64,000 nucleotides of DNA, from assembly GCA_021799535.1 (NCBI GenBank), contig JAJZAH010000002.1, positions 16,950 to 80,949 on the forward strand. The letters run 5' to 3'. The notes beneath the pieces are model-generated. The model made no database searches. It saw only the letters and a program-made list of their open reading frames with translations, and had not been told where the DNA came from. The position numbers were made by a program, and so were the translations under genes. This DNA comes from Nanobdellota archaeon (GTDB lineage Archaea > Nanobdellota > Nanobdellia > Pacearchaeales > GW2011-AR1). Shown here in pieces: positions 9,681 to 19,154 of the stretch; the first letter of the stretch is position 1; the number at the start of each line of letters is the position of its first letter.

Positions 9681-10044
9681 TTTCTTCGTCTTTCCCTTTA
9701 TTTATTATATTGTCAAAAGTCAGGCTTAACCTTCCTGATTCTTCAAAACAGAGTCTCACCATATCGTTCATCAGTTTTTCCTGTTCCTGCATAAAAGATA
9801 CAATCTCTTTTGGTATCGAAACGGCATAGCTATTTCCAACAATTCGCATCTTGACTTTAAATTCTTTTTGACGGAGTTCTCTGAATTTATTATATTCCTC
9901 TTCATCCTGCGGATGGATTATTTTGTCATGTCCCGAAGGGCATACAAGTGCCCTGAGTTTGAATCCATTTCTTATCACGCTTGCTTTTTCCATCGCTTTT
10001 CCGCATTTTGTGCATAGGATTTTGTGCTCAAATATATCTTGCAT
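9667..10044 (-). CDS. Zinc-ribbon plus AbrB/SpoVT-like DNA-binding protein
   Basis: CTKCGK...CPSGH ribbon followed by MRIVGNSYAVSIPKEIVSFM, which resembles a swapped-hairpin AbrB/MazE domain. It is the first gene of the cdc48-hsp20 operon. Confidence 0.55.
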   Translation of the reverse strand: MQDIFEHKILCTKCGKAMEKASVIRNGFKLRALVCPSGHDKIIHPQDEEEYNKFRELRQKEFKVKMRIVGNSYAVSIPKEIVSFMQEQEKLMNDMVRLCFEESGRLSLTFDNIINKGKDEENGIH

Positions 10045-10060
10045 GTATATACATAGTGTG

Positions 10061-10070
10061 TATATTTAAA
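10061..10070 (-). promoter_or_regulatory. TATA-like box (TTTAAATATA on the minus strand) for the 10044-3965 operon
   Basis: Centred about 21 nt upstream of the ATG at 10044, which implies a leaderless or near-leaderless mRNA. The adjacent 12-nt perfect palindrome ATGTATATACAT (10043-10054) overlaps the start codon. Confidence 0.4.
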
Positions 10071-10117
10071 AATGTTGTGGATTCCCTAGCCGGCATGGCC
10101 AAAGCTTTTTTGCAAAA

Positions 10118-10282
10118 TCAGTCCTTATCAATCTCTTTTATTATCGTTTTTGAGTTTTTTACAACTTCCTCAAGGACATCTTCTTCAGAGTAAGAAGGAT
10201 TTTTCCTTTTCACTTTCATTGCAAAATCAGCTCCGGCAATGACTGCCCTCTTTAATACGCCGTCTTCAATGTTTTTCATCAT
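10118..10282 (-). CDS. Possible small protein (54 aa), not in the ORF track
   Basis: ATGATG start and TGA stop, translating to MMKNIEDGVLKRAVIAGADFAMKVKRKNPSYSEEDVLEEVVKNSKTIIKEIDKD. It fills an otherwise empty 317-bp gap. Confidence 0.3.
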   Translation of the reverse strand: MMKNIEDGVLKRAVIAGADFAMKVKRKNPSYSEEDVLEEVVKNSKTIIKEIDKD

Positions 10283-10361
10283 ATTCTAAGTGATCCTAAA
10301 TTTAAAAATTTAATGAATGATTATCCGCCAGGCTTAAAAACCCCGAGAGTCTTTTTAAAAA

Positions 10362-10991
10362 ATGGATAAAGAGAAGTGGAAAAAATTCTGGAAGAAATTT
10401 TGGTTCATAGTATGGAAAGATGATTCCATCAAAGGCTGGATAATCTCGCTTATTTTTCTTCTTATCCTAATAAGAGGGGTATTTTTTCCGTTGCTTTCCT
10501 TAGCGACTGGAACTTCTTTGCCGCTTGTCATTGTTGAGTCATGCTCTATGTATCATCAAGGAGGGGAGCTTTTCTCAAACTTTAACGGCTGGTGGACAAT
10601 GCACGAGGAGAAATATGCCCAGAAAAGTATAAACAAAAGCGAGTTTTCATCATTTCCCTTTGCAAATGGGCTCAATAAAGGAGATATACTTTTTGTCACG
10701 GGGGTGAACCCAGCTGATGTAAAGATTGGCGATATAATTATATTCAATGCCGGTATGAGCGCTCCGATAATACACAGGGTCATGAGCATAAAAGATGAAA
10801 ATGGGGCTTACTTTTTTTCGACTGAAGGGGACAATAACAATGGCCAGCTGTCAGTAGAAGAAAATATCAGTCAAAACCAGCTCGTCGGGGAACCCAGGGC
10901 TATCGTTCTTCCTTATGCAGGATGGATAAAACTTATATTTTTTGAAGGCTCCAAACCTCCTTCTGAAAGGGGATTCTGCGTTCAGGATTAA
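10362..10991 (+). CDS. Signal peptidase I, archaeal/Sec11 type (S26B)
   Basis: N-terminal TM segment, catalytic-Ser context VESCSMYH, the IIHRV His box and the GDNN motif (TEGDNNNG). Confidence 0.75.
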   Translation: MDKEKWKKFWKKFWFIVWKDDSIKGWIISLIFLLILIRGVFFPLLSLATGTSLPLVIVESCSMYHQGGELFSNFNGWWTMHEEKYAQKSINKSEFSSFPFANGLNKGDILFVTGVNPADVKIGDIIIFNAGMSAPIIHRVMSIKDENGAYFFSTEGDNNNGQLSVEENISQNQLVGEPRAIVLPYAGWIKLIFFEGSKPPSERGFCVQD

Positions 10992-11064
10992 GTTTTTATG
11001 TAATCTCTTGCATTTGCCTACATATCAGCTGCTCAAAAAGGCTTCCATTTATTTTGCTATCTAT

Positions 11065-12111
11065 TTAACCCTTCAATGACCCCATCTCTTTATTCTGAAT
11101 ATGTCTTTTTATCATACTTGGGATTATCCCGGCAATCACGAAATTCTTGTAAGTCAATATTCCTCTGTGCCTTCCAAGGGAAAGGATCATAGCTCTTTCT
11201 TTATGTACATATTTATTTAATGGCTTTCCTCTCTCCAAATTTATTATATTACTAGCTATAACCTTGGCATGTTCTATAGAATTTTGAGCTGTTTTTTCTT
11301 CTTTTATGTCTGTCACATCGCCCCCGACAAAAATGTTCCTGAACCCTTTTAGGTTGAGTGATTCGTCAGTTGATGCATACCCTTTTTTGTCAACAAGCTT
11401 GGGGAAACTTTTTCTTATAAAATCTGAATTTGGAGTTATTCCAACGCATAAAAAAGCTATGTCTGATTCTATCTTTTTTCCCCTGTCTGTGAAGAAATTC
11501 TCCTTGCTTCTGACTTTTCTGTTTCCTTTAATCAGTTCATTAAAAATTATCTTTACGCCCTTTTTTTCCAGGAATCTTTTAGCATACTCGCTTGCTTTCT
11601 CGGGCTGCCTTTCTATTAACCTATCCATCGCATGCACTATTGTTATTTTTTTATCATGGCACTTTGTTGCTATTTCTGCTGCAAGTTCGACTCCAGAGAG
11701 TCCTCCCCCTATTATAAGAACATTTTTTGAGTTGTGAAGGTCTTCATAATGGTTTCTTAGCCTGTTTGCCCTGCTTGTTATAAGGGCGTCGTGCTCTTTA
11801 AAGGGGAAACTGTATTTTGACCCTGAGCTTATAGCCAGATAATCGAATTTTATCTTTCTTTTTCCTACAAAAACCTCGTTGCCTGAAATCTTTTCAGCGC
11901 GTCCGATAATCACTTTCGCTTTTTTCAAGTAGTGTGTATGCATTATTTGTATGTCTTCGAGGCAAGCAGGGTCTGTTATTGCACTTAAAATAGAGGGAGT
12001 GAATTCAAAATAGTCTTTTGTATCAATGAGCGTGACATCAAAATCATTTTCGAGGGATTTCGCAATTTTGCTTCCAGCAAAGCCCCCGCCTATTATCGCC
12101 ACTTTTTTCAT
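11065..12111 (-). CDS. ndh: FAD-dependent pyridine nucleotide-disulfide oxidoreductase, NDH-2-like
   Basis: Two Rossmann dinucleotide motifs (VAIIGGGFAG and VLIIGGGLSGVE) plus a C-terminal GDV motif. Confidence 0.7.
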   Translation of the reverse strand: MKKVAIIGGGFAGSKIAKSLENDFDVTLIDTKDYFEFTPSILSAITDPACLEDIQIMHTHYLKKAKVIIGRAEKISGNEVFVGKRKIKFDYLAISSGSKYSFPFKEHDALITSRANRLRNHYEDLHNSKNVLIIGGGLSGVELAAEIATKCHDKKITIVHAMDRLIERQPEKASEYAKRFLEKKGVKIIFNELIKGNRKVRSKENFFTDRGKKIESDIAFLCVGITPNSDFIRKSFPKLVDKKGYASTDESLNLKGFRNIFVGGDVTDIKEEKTAQNSIEHAKVIASNIINLERGKPLNKYVHKERAMILSLGRHRGILTYKNFVIAGIIPSMIKRHIQNKEMGSLKG

Positions 12112-12224
12112 CTATCTTTGAAAAACGAGGGGGCGTTTTATAAAATTTTCCAAACATGAAAAAGTATTTATGAATTATAATCCTCCGGGGCAAATCATAT
12201 AAACTAAGGAAGTTTTTTTAGCAT

Positions 12225-13649
12225 ATGGAAGATAAAAGAGGTTTTTTTCATGCGACAAAAAAGTTTTTGCATGATAATATCTATATAAACAAGGTCCCTT
12301 CTTATGGCAATACAATATTTTACTCCTTTGGATTTATTTTGATAGCTCTTTTTATCCTTCTTGGGGTTACGGGGACCCTTATGGTCTTTTTTAATAAACC
12401 TTGGTGGCTGACGAGCTCCTTTGGTGTTTATGTAAGGAGTGTGCACATGTGGGCCGCCGAAGCTTTTATTATGTTTTTGATTCTTCACTTAGTCGTAACC
12501 TTTTCAACCTCCGCGTTTAGGAATAAGAAAATTGTGTGGGTTGCAGGAATAATCATGCTTTTCCTCTTCACTATACAAGCAGAACTGGGGTTTTCTATAA
12601 GAGGAGATTTTTCCTCCCAGTGGAGGGCTCTTCAGGGAGCAGATTTTTGGAATGGGAATCTTCTTGGCCATATAATAAACCCTCTTGATTACAGCCAAAT
12701 TTTCGGGATACACACTTTGGTTATCCCGCTTTTCTTGGTTTTTCTTGTCATCATTCATTATGGTGTGGTACGTGCAAGGGGTATTTCAAAGCCGCAAAAG
12801 AAAGGAGTGAAATATAAGATGGTTGAAGCGAATCACAATTCGCTTTACCTTCGGGCTTCTATTGTTATCGCGGTCGTTCTTGTATTGGGAATATTTATAC
12901 AATCTCCTTTTCTTTCCCCTGTTACCGTAAAAGAAGTCTCAATGCAAAATCCTTCATCTTTTGCCAGGACTTTAATTTCTGAGTACAATCACACTTCTGA
13001 TACCTCAACTTACCAGAATACGGTGGACCCTTATACTTTTGACACAAGAAGTATTTACATAACCCTTCCTTATGAAGACTATTTAAAACTGAACGGTGGG
13101 AAAAACATGATTTCTGTTCTTGAATATGAAAATCCGCCTGATATTGAAAAGACCATCAATCTTGCTGATGCTTACTTTGCGAATAATGGATCAATAAACC
13201 TCTCTAATAGCAATCCGATGGTATCAGTTGCGAGTGCACTTACAATAATGGGGCAAAGCGGGCTTTATGATGCAGAGATGAAATCCAGTTTACAGGGCGG
13301 TAATTCCGTTTACCTCGACAGGATATTGTCGGACACGGGTTATATGGATGAGAAGGCGGATGGACTTGGCCTGAGTCTTGAAGATTATGGAATGATAAAA
13401 GATGAGACGGGCGCTGGGATATACCCCCCTAATTCATGGTGGATGGCCCCCTTCAACCTTCTGGATAATACTGTTTTGAAAAATGATCCTAATCAAGATG
13501 CTGATGGCGGTTTAATTATCGGGATTTTAGTTCTGATTCTGGCGACTTTTCCCTGGCTTCCTTACATAAATAAGGTTCCGGAAAAGTTAGGCCTTTACAA
13601 GCTTTTTTGGAGAGAAGGAAGCGAAAATAAGGCTTCTGCTCATAAGTAA
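12225..13649 (+). CDS. Di-haem cytochrome b-like membrane protein with a large extracytoplasmic C-terminal domain
   Basis: Four N-terminal TM helices with H74-x13-H88 (RSVHMWAAEAFIMFLILH) and H163-x14-H178 (IHTLVIPLFLVFLVIIH), the b/b6 haem-ligand spacing. A soluble region of about 200 aa and a final TM segment follow. Confidence 0.7.
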   Translation: MEDKRGFFHATKKFLHDNIYINKVPSYGNTIFYSFGFILIALFILLGVTGTLMVFFNKPWWLTSSFGVYVRSVHMWAAEAFIMFLILHLVVTFSTSAFRNKKIVWVAGIIMLFLFTIQAELGFSIRGDFSSQWRALQGADFWNGNLLGHIINPLDYSQIFGIHTLVIPLFLVFLVIIHYGVVRARGISKPQKKGVKYKMVEANHNSLYLRASIVIAVVLVLGIFIQSPFLSPVTVKEVSMQNPSSFARTLISEYNHTSDTSTYQNTVDPYTFDTRSIYITLPYEDYLKLNGGKNMISVLEYENPPDIEKTINLADAYFANNGSINLSNSNPMVSVASALTIMGQSGLYDAEMKSSLQGGNSVYLDRILSDTGYMDEKADGLGLSLEDYGMIKDETGAGIYPPNSWWMAPFNLLDNTVLKNDPNQDADGGLIIGILVLILATFPWLPYINKVPEKLGLYKLFWREGSENKASAHK

Positions 13650-13676
13650 TATAAACTGCTTTTTCTTTTTCAAAGT

Positions 13677-15059
13677 ATGAAAAAGTATGAATCTTTTGAT
13701 CTTATAATAATCGGAGGTGGTACTGCGGGTGTTGAAGTTGCTTTTGAATCAACAAAGCTAAAGAAGAAGACTGCGCTTATAGAGCCGAATTTTATAGGGG
13801 GAATCTGTTTGAATACAGGGTGCATCCCCACAAAAACTTTACTTTTCTCTTCCCATTTATACTCCGAGATAAGGAGGGCACATGATTTCGGAATTGATGT
13901 TCCTGATGCTCGGGCAGATTTTCAGGCAATTATGAAACGTGCGAAATCCATTGTTGAAAACTCAAGGAAGAGTGTCGAGCTTGGACTTAACAATCAGTAT
14001 CTTAAAATTTTCAAGGAGCATGCTGTTTTCACAGGGATTAGGAAAGTTAAAGTAGGGGATGTGGAGATTTTAGGAAAAAAAGTAATCATCGCTGCTGGTT
14101 CGAAGCCACACGTGCCCCCGATTCCAGGTCTTCAGGATGTCGACTATTTGGTGGGGGGAACTCCGAATAATTCCAAAGAGGATATACTCAATTTGGAGAA
14201 GTTTCCGGGGTCACTTATTATAATCGGTGGCGGTTACATAGGTTTTGAGTTTGCGACTTTCTTTTCTGAACTTGGGAGCAAGGTCACGATAATTGAAGGG
14301 ATGGATAAAGTTCTGGGGGTTGTAGATGATGAGATTCGCGAAGTTTTGCTCAAAAAATATGTGAATAATAATTTTTCAATTTTGACAGATGTGAAAATAT
14401 CAAAGGTCTCACAACACGAAAATAAAGTAACTGTTTTTTTTGCCGATAAAAGCGGAAAAGACAGTTCTGTTTCGGGCGATGTGATTTTCATCGCTACGGG
14501 GAGAGTCCCATCAAGTTTTGAATTACATCCTGACAAGACAAACGTTGAAGTTGACGAAGGAGGAGCGATAAGGGTGAATGCTAACCTTGAAACTTCATGC
14601 AAAGGCGTGTATGCTGTTGGGGATATCACGGGGAAATTCTTTTTCGCCCACACGGCGAAAAGGGAAGGTCAGATTGCCCTCTTAAATGCATTTGGTAAGA
14701 AGAGCAAGAAGTTTAGTACTAATGCTATCCCCTGGGCCGCTTTTGTCGATCCGCCCATATCTGGCGTCGGAATAACTGAAAATAAAACGGAGACTGGAAT
14801 TTTGAAAGCCCATTTTTCCAGAGCTGCGCGTGCAGGAATAATGGGAGAACCTGAAGGTCTTTTGAAAATATGGTTTGACGAAAAGACAAAAAAAATTCTT
14901 GGGGCGCAGATGATCGGTCCAAATTCAGATGATTTGATCGGAGAATTCAGCACTCTTATAAATTGCGGAGGAACTGTGGACAATTTGCGTGAGATAATTC
15001 ATATCCATCCGACGCTTTCTGAAGTTGCGGATAGTTTAGTGGAAGTGAAAGAGAAGTAA
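13677..15059 (+). CDS. lpdA: Dihydrolipoyl dehydrogenase (E3)
   Basis: GGGTAG FAD motif, redox-active disulfide GGICLNTGCIPTK, and the C-terminal interface motif HIHPTLSE. Confidence 0.85.
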   Translation: MKKYESFDLIIIGGGTAGVEVAFESTKLKKKTALIEPNFIGGICLNTGCIPTKTLLFSSHLYSEIRRAHDFGIDVPDARADFQAIMKRAKSIVENSRKSVELGLNNQYLKIFKEHAVFTGIRKVKVGDVEILGKKVIIAAGSKPHVPPIPGLQDVDYLVGGTPNNSKEDILNLEKFPGSLIIIGGGYIGFEFATFFSELGSKVTIIEGMDKVLGVVDDEIREVLLKKYVNNNFSILTDVKISKVSQHENKVTVFFADKSGKDSSVSGDVIFIATGRVPSSFELHPDKTNVEVDEGGAIRVNANLETSCKGVYAVGDITGKFFFAHTAKREGQIALLNAFGKKSKKFSTNAIPWAAFVDPPISGVGITENKTETGILKAHFSRAARAGIMGEPEGLLKIWFDEKTKKILGAQMIGPNSDDLIGEFSTLINCGGTVDNLREIIHIHPTLSEVADSLVEVKEK

Positions 15060-15276
15060 ATTTATCCTCTTTTTTTAGTTCTAGCTTATACTTAAGAACA
15101 TTGTCGTTTGCTTCTTTTTCAAACGGTCTTTTAATTCCCTGTTTTTTTAATTCTTCATGCCTGAACTTTATATTGGATAATTCATGTAACAGGACACCTT
15201 CATTAGCTTTTTTATAATATCTTTTTATAAAATACTTTTTATCCGGAAGAATCATTTTCATATAAGCTCCGCCCAT
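14956..15276 (-). CDS. Doubtful hypothetical ORF (106 aa)
   Basis: K-rich ORF in the 440-bp gap after lpdA. Its last 34 or so codons run antisense through the lpdA 3' end. Confidence 0.25.
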   Translation of the reverse strand: MGGAYMKMILPDKKYFIKRYYKKANEGVLLHELSNIKFRHEELKKQGIKRPFEKEANDNVLKYKLELKKEDKFTSLSLPLNYPQLQKASDGYELSHANCPQFLRNL

Positions 15277-15500
15277 TTTCTGTAATAAAATTTTTTTTAT
15301 TAACTATTTTTATATTTATTATTAAATTTTTATTAAGTTTAATTTTTCTTCTTCAGAATTTAATGGATTCATTTAAATTATTAAGATTAATTATCTTGCT
15401 ATTTTTGTATGTTTTTTCTATTCGACGATGAAAAAAGAATTTTATTATAATCAGTATGATAACCAGAATAAAAATATCATTTTGTGTTCCTATACATGCT

Positions 15501-16865
15501 TTATCTCTTTTTTATATACCCTACAATTCTGTCAATAGCGGTTATCGCAGAATGAGGGAACATAAAAACAGGGATGTTATGCTCTTCCAGTTTTTGCGAC
15601 AATTTTTCCGTGAAATCGGACCCTGTCGAGACTACTATGATGGGTTTCTTTGTTCCTGCTTTTGCTTTTGAAATTATATTCGTTATATCTTCAGTGATGA
15701 GGGGGGTCTGGTAAAGTGCGACAAGTAATATAATGTCAACATTTTTGTCTGAAAGAATATTTGTCAAAGCATCTTTGTACCGTTGTGAAGTTGCATCTCC
15801 AGATATATCAAGAGGATTTCTTATGTGAACGTAATCTGGCATAGTCTTTTTCAGTGTTTTTTGAGTCTTCTCGGAAAGCTCTGCAAATTTAAGATTCCTG
15901 GACTCAGAAATAGCGTCAGTAGAGACGATCCCATAACCTCCTCCGTTTGTTATGATCTGAATTCTATTGCCTTTTATTGAAACTGGGTTTTCAAGAACGC
16001 TTGCGACATAAAACATTTCTTCCAGATTATCAGCCTTTATCATGTTGATTTGTTCGAAAATCCCATAATAAACTTCCTTTGTTCCGGCAAGGCTTCCGGT
16101 GTGCGATAAGGCCGCTTTTTTTCCTTCTTCGGAAAGACCGCCTTTCACCACGACAATCGGTTTTTTCTTGGCTACCTTCCTTGCTGTCTCGAAGAATTTT
16201 TTCCCGTCTTTTACCCCCTCGATATACATGCATATGACCCTTGTGTCTTTGTCCTCTGATAAGTATTCAAGGTAATCCGACTCATCGAGCTGGGTGGCAT
16301 TCCCATAACTTATAAATTTTGAGAATCTGTATCCTCTTGCAGCTGCGAGGTCGATTATCGCAAGTCCTATGGCCCCAGACTGGCAGACAAAACTTATCCC
16401 GCCGGGTTTTGGAAATTTCATCCTTTCTTTAGGGATAAACAGCGCGTTTAATGAAGATTTGGCATCATATATCCCGAGGCAATTGACCCCAACTGCCCTC
16501 ATTTTATTTTGGTTCAGAAAACTCTTTAACTTCTCTTCTGTTTTTTTATTTCCCATCTCTGAAAATCCAGAGGTTACAATTATAAGGTCCCTCACACCTT
16601 TTTCGTTGCATTCTTTCACGGAATCCATGACAGACTTTGCAGGCACTGCTATCACCGCAAGGTCAATTTTTTCCTTAGGATCTTTTATGCTTTTGTATGA
16701 AACTTTTCCAAGAACTTCTGAAGCACTTGGATTTATCGGTATGACTGTCCTTCCGGAACCGGATTCCATGATATTTTTCATGAGAACGTTCCCGACTTTT
16801 TCCGGATCTCTCGACGCTCCTATAACGGCAACGACTTTCGGATTGAAAAGATTTTTTAGCTCCAT
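15501..16865 (-). CDS. acdA: ADP-forming acetyl-CoA synthetase, alpha subunit (CoA-binding/ligase domains)
   Basis: N-terminal CoA-binding motif VAVIGASRDPEKVGN and the phosphohistidine loop ALSHTGSLAG. It starts 1 nt after the E2 gene ends. Confidence 0.8.
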   Translation of the reverse strand: MELKNLFNPKVVAVIGASRDPEKVGNVLMKNIMESGSGRTVIPINPSASEVLGKVSYKSIKDPKEKIDLAVIAVPAKSVMDSVKECNEKGVRDLIIVTSGFSEMGNKKTEEKLKSFLNQNKMRAVGVNCLGIYDAKSSLNALFIPKERMKFPKPGGISFVCQSGAIGLAIIDLAAARGYRFSKFISYGNATQLDESDYLEYLSEDKDTRVICMYIEGVKDGKKFFETARKVAKKKPIVVVKGGLSEEGKKAALSHTGSLAGTKEVYYGIFEQINMIKADNLEEMFYVASVLENPVSIKGNRIQIITNGGGYGIVSTDAISESRNLKFAELSEKTQKTLKKTMPDYVHIRNPLDISGDATSQRYKDALTNILSDKNVDIILLVALYQTPLITEDITNIISKAKAGTKKPIIVVSTGSDFTEKLSQKLEEHNIPVFMFPHSAITAIDRIVGYIKKR

Positions 16866-16866
16866 C

Positions 16867-18180
16867 TTAAATCTCTATGAACAAGTGTCCAGGGTCTTCG
16901 AGGTAAGTCTTTAATGTTTCAAGAAACCTTGAAGCTTCAGCGCCATCTATTATCCTATGATCAAACGTCAAGGACAGCGGAAGAACTTTTATTTTTTTTG
17001 ATGGTCTGTTCACATCCAGATTTTCAAATATCTTTCCGATTCCAAGTACAGCGCTTTCACCGGGGTTTATCAGTGGTGTCGCGTAAGTTCCTCCTATCGA
17101 TCCGTAATTTGTCAAGGTAAAAGTCGATCCTTTCATCTCCTCTGGTGATAGTTTTCTTTCTCTGGCTTTTGAAGCGAGCTCATTTATAGCTTTAGAAAGT
17201 TCTTCAATTGTCATGTTATCAGCATTTTTTACAGGTGGGACAACCAGTCCGACCGGAGTTTCAACAGCAATGCCTATATTGTAGAATTTTTTTACTATAA
17301 TCTCGTTATTGTCTTTATCAAGATAAGAGTTAAAGTAAGGATTCTCTTTCAGGACAGCTATTGAAGCCTTTACAATGAAAGGAAGAAGTGTTAGATGAGT
17401 GCCTTTCACGTTTTTCTTTTCTTTCTCTTTTAGGTTCCACAATTTTGTTATATTTACGTCTTCCATTGCAGTTACCTGCGGAATCGTGTTTGAGATGGTC
17501 AAGTTCTCGCTTATGGCTTTTCTTATACCTCTAAGAGGAACTCTTTCGATTTTTCCTAAGGGAGTTTTCTCTTTTGTCACAGGAACTGTCTGTTGGGGGA
17601 TTTCAGGGTTTAGTGGCAAATCTTTTTTGAGGATTCTTCCGTCAGTCCCGCTTCCTTTTATCTTTATCAGACTTATATTGTTCTCCCTTGCAAGTTCCCT
17701 CACTTCTGGAGACGCTAAGACTTTGTTGCTTTGCACCTCGCCCTTCTTCACAGAGACGTGTGATTTGTATTCAACGTCGGGTGTTTCCGGTGCCTCTTCC
17801 AAGACTCCCACAACAGCAAAGCCTTTTTTCTGCGGCTTTTCCTTGTCTTTGTTTTCCTTCACAGGAGGCTGCTCTTTTTTCTTCTGTTTTGTTTCTTCCT
17901 TTGGTGTTTCAGCAGTTTTATCCTCTTTTAATGAACTTTCGGATCCATCATCGATTGCACACAAGACTGCTCCGACTTTCACGGTGTCCCCATTTTTAAA
18001 GCCCAACTTTATTATTTTCCCGGTTTTTGGTGAAGGGAGGTCAACAACTGATTTATCTGTTTCTATCTGAACTATACTCTGGTTCTCTTTGACATTGTCT
18101 CCTTCTTTAACTAGCCACTTCACGAGTTCCCCTTCAGTTATCCCTTCTCCGACGTCAGGGAATTTAAAATCGTATGCCAT
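16867..18180 (-). CDS. Dihydrolipoamide acyltransferase (E2) of a 2-oxoacid dehydrogenase complex
   Basis: Lipoyl domain (VQIETDKSVVDLPSP), K/E/P-rich linker, E3/E1-binding domain (ASPEVRELARENNISL) and catalytic DHRIIDG. Confidence 0.9.
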   Translation of the reverse strand: MAYDFKFPDVGEGITEGELVKWLVKEGDNVKENQSIVQIETDKSVVDLPSPKTGKIIKLGFKNGDTVKVGAVLCAIDDGSESSLKEDKTAETPKEETKQKKKEQPPVKENKDKEKPQKKGFAVVGVLEEAPETPDVEYKSHVSVKKGEVQSNKVLASPEVRELARENNISLIKIKGSGTDGRILKKDLPLNPEIPQQTVPVTKEKTPLGKIERVPLRGIRKAISENLTISNTIPQVTAMEDVNITKLWNLKEKEKKNVKGTHLTLLPFIVKASIAVLKENPYFNSYLDKDNNEIIVKKFYNIGIAVETPVGLVVPPVKNADNMTIEELSKAINELASKARERKLSPEEMKGSTFTLTNYGSIGGTYATPLINPGESAVLGIGKIFENLDVNRPSKKIKVLPLSLTFDHRIIDGAEASRFLETLKTYLEDPGHLFIEI

Positions 18181-19154
18181 TATCCTTTTACGGAAAGCAC
18201 TTTGGTTATAGCTTTCTTGATTTTCTCCTTGTTCAATAAGTACAGTTGTTCGTAAGATGCAAGTGGCATGATAGTATCATACCCAGTTACTCTTTCGATA
18301 GGGGCTTCAAGCGAATAGAATGCACCCTCATTTATTCTTGCCATTATTTCGGCGGCGATTCCAAGATTCTTCGGAGCTTCATGAACTATCACCGCCCTAC
18401 CCGTCTTCTTTACAGAACTTATTATTGTTCCGGTGTCCAAGGGGGAGATGGTTCTTAAATCAATGACTTCAATGTCAGTTTTTAATTCCTCAACAGCCTC
18501 AAGGGATTCCCGAAGCCATGAGCCATAAGTTATGAGGGTCAGGGATTTTCCTTCTCTCACTATGTTTGCTTTCCCTAAGGGTATTGTGTAAGGCTTTTCT
18601 GGAACATCTTCTTTTATTGCCCTGTATATCCTTTTTGGTTCGTAAAATATCACCGGGTCAGGGTCTCTTATAGAAGATATCAGGAGTCCCTTGGCTTCAT
18701 AAGGTCCTGAAGGTATTACCACTTTTATCCCAGGAATATGCGCAAAAAAAGTTTCTGGAGATTCTGAGTGGTGTTCAAGGGCTCGTATTCCTCCCCCTAT
18801 CGGACATCTTAGAGTTATTGGGCAATGATATAAACCTCTTGATCTATTCCTTATTCTTGACGCATGATTGTAAACCTGATCCAAAATGGTTATTGAGAAT
18901 CCGTCGAATTGTATTTCCGGGACTGGCTTTAGCCCCATAACGGCCATTCCTATTGAAACTCCCATTATCCCTGCCTCAGCGAGAGGCGAGTCCATGACAC
19001 GATTGTTTCCATATTTTTTCGCGAGGCCGTCTGTAACCCTGAAAACCCCTCCATCTTCACCTATGTCCTCACCCAAAAGTACAATTGATTTATCATTTGC
19101 CATCTCATTGTCCAGAGCATTGTTTATCGCGTCTACCATATTCATTTTTGTCAT
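18180..19154 (-). CDS. 2-oxoacid dehydrogenase E1 component, beta subunit
   Basis: Transketolase-like pyrimidine-binding and C-terminal domains (VMDSPLAEAGIMG..., HEAPKNLGI), 324 aa. Confidence 0.9.
   Translation of the reverse strand: MTKMNMVDAINNALDNEMANDKSIVLLGEDIGEDGGVFRVTDGLAKKYGNNRVMDSPLAEAGIMGVSIGMAVMGLKPVPEIQFDGFSITILDQVYNHASRIRNRSRGLYHCPITLRCPIGGGIRALEHHSESPETFFAHIPGIKVVIPSGPYEAKGLLISSIRDPDPVIFYEPKRIYRAIKEDVPEKPYTIPLGKANIVREGKSLTLITYGSWLRESLEAVEELKTDIEVIDLRTISPLDTGTIISSVKKTGRAVIVHEAPKNLGIAAEIMARINEGAFYSLEAPIERVTGYDTIMPLASYEQLYLLNKEKIKKAITKVLSVKG

Noticed and set aside
15277-15500. Very AT-rich 224-bp spacer with reiterated ATTAA/TTATT motifs; considered as a replication origin.
   Set aside because: I could not identify ORB-like inverted repeats, and there is no orc1/cdc6 gene nearby. 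It is more simply a terminator and promoter spacer between acdA and the doubtful ORF at 14956-15276.
17700-17900. K/E/P-rich low-complexity coding stretch in the E2 gene; considered as a DNA repeat element.
   Set aside because: It corresponds to the normal flexible Ala/Pro/Lys-type linker between the lipoyl and subunit-binding domains of E2. I saw no nucleotide-level tandem repeat.
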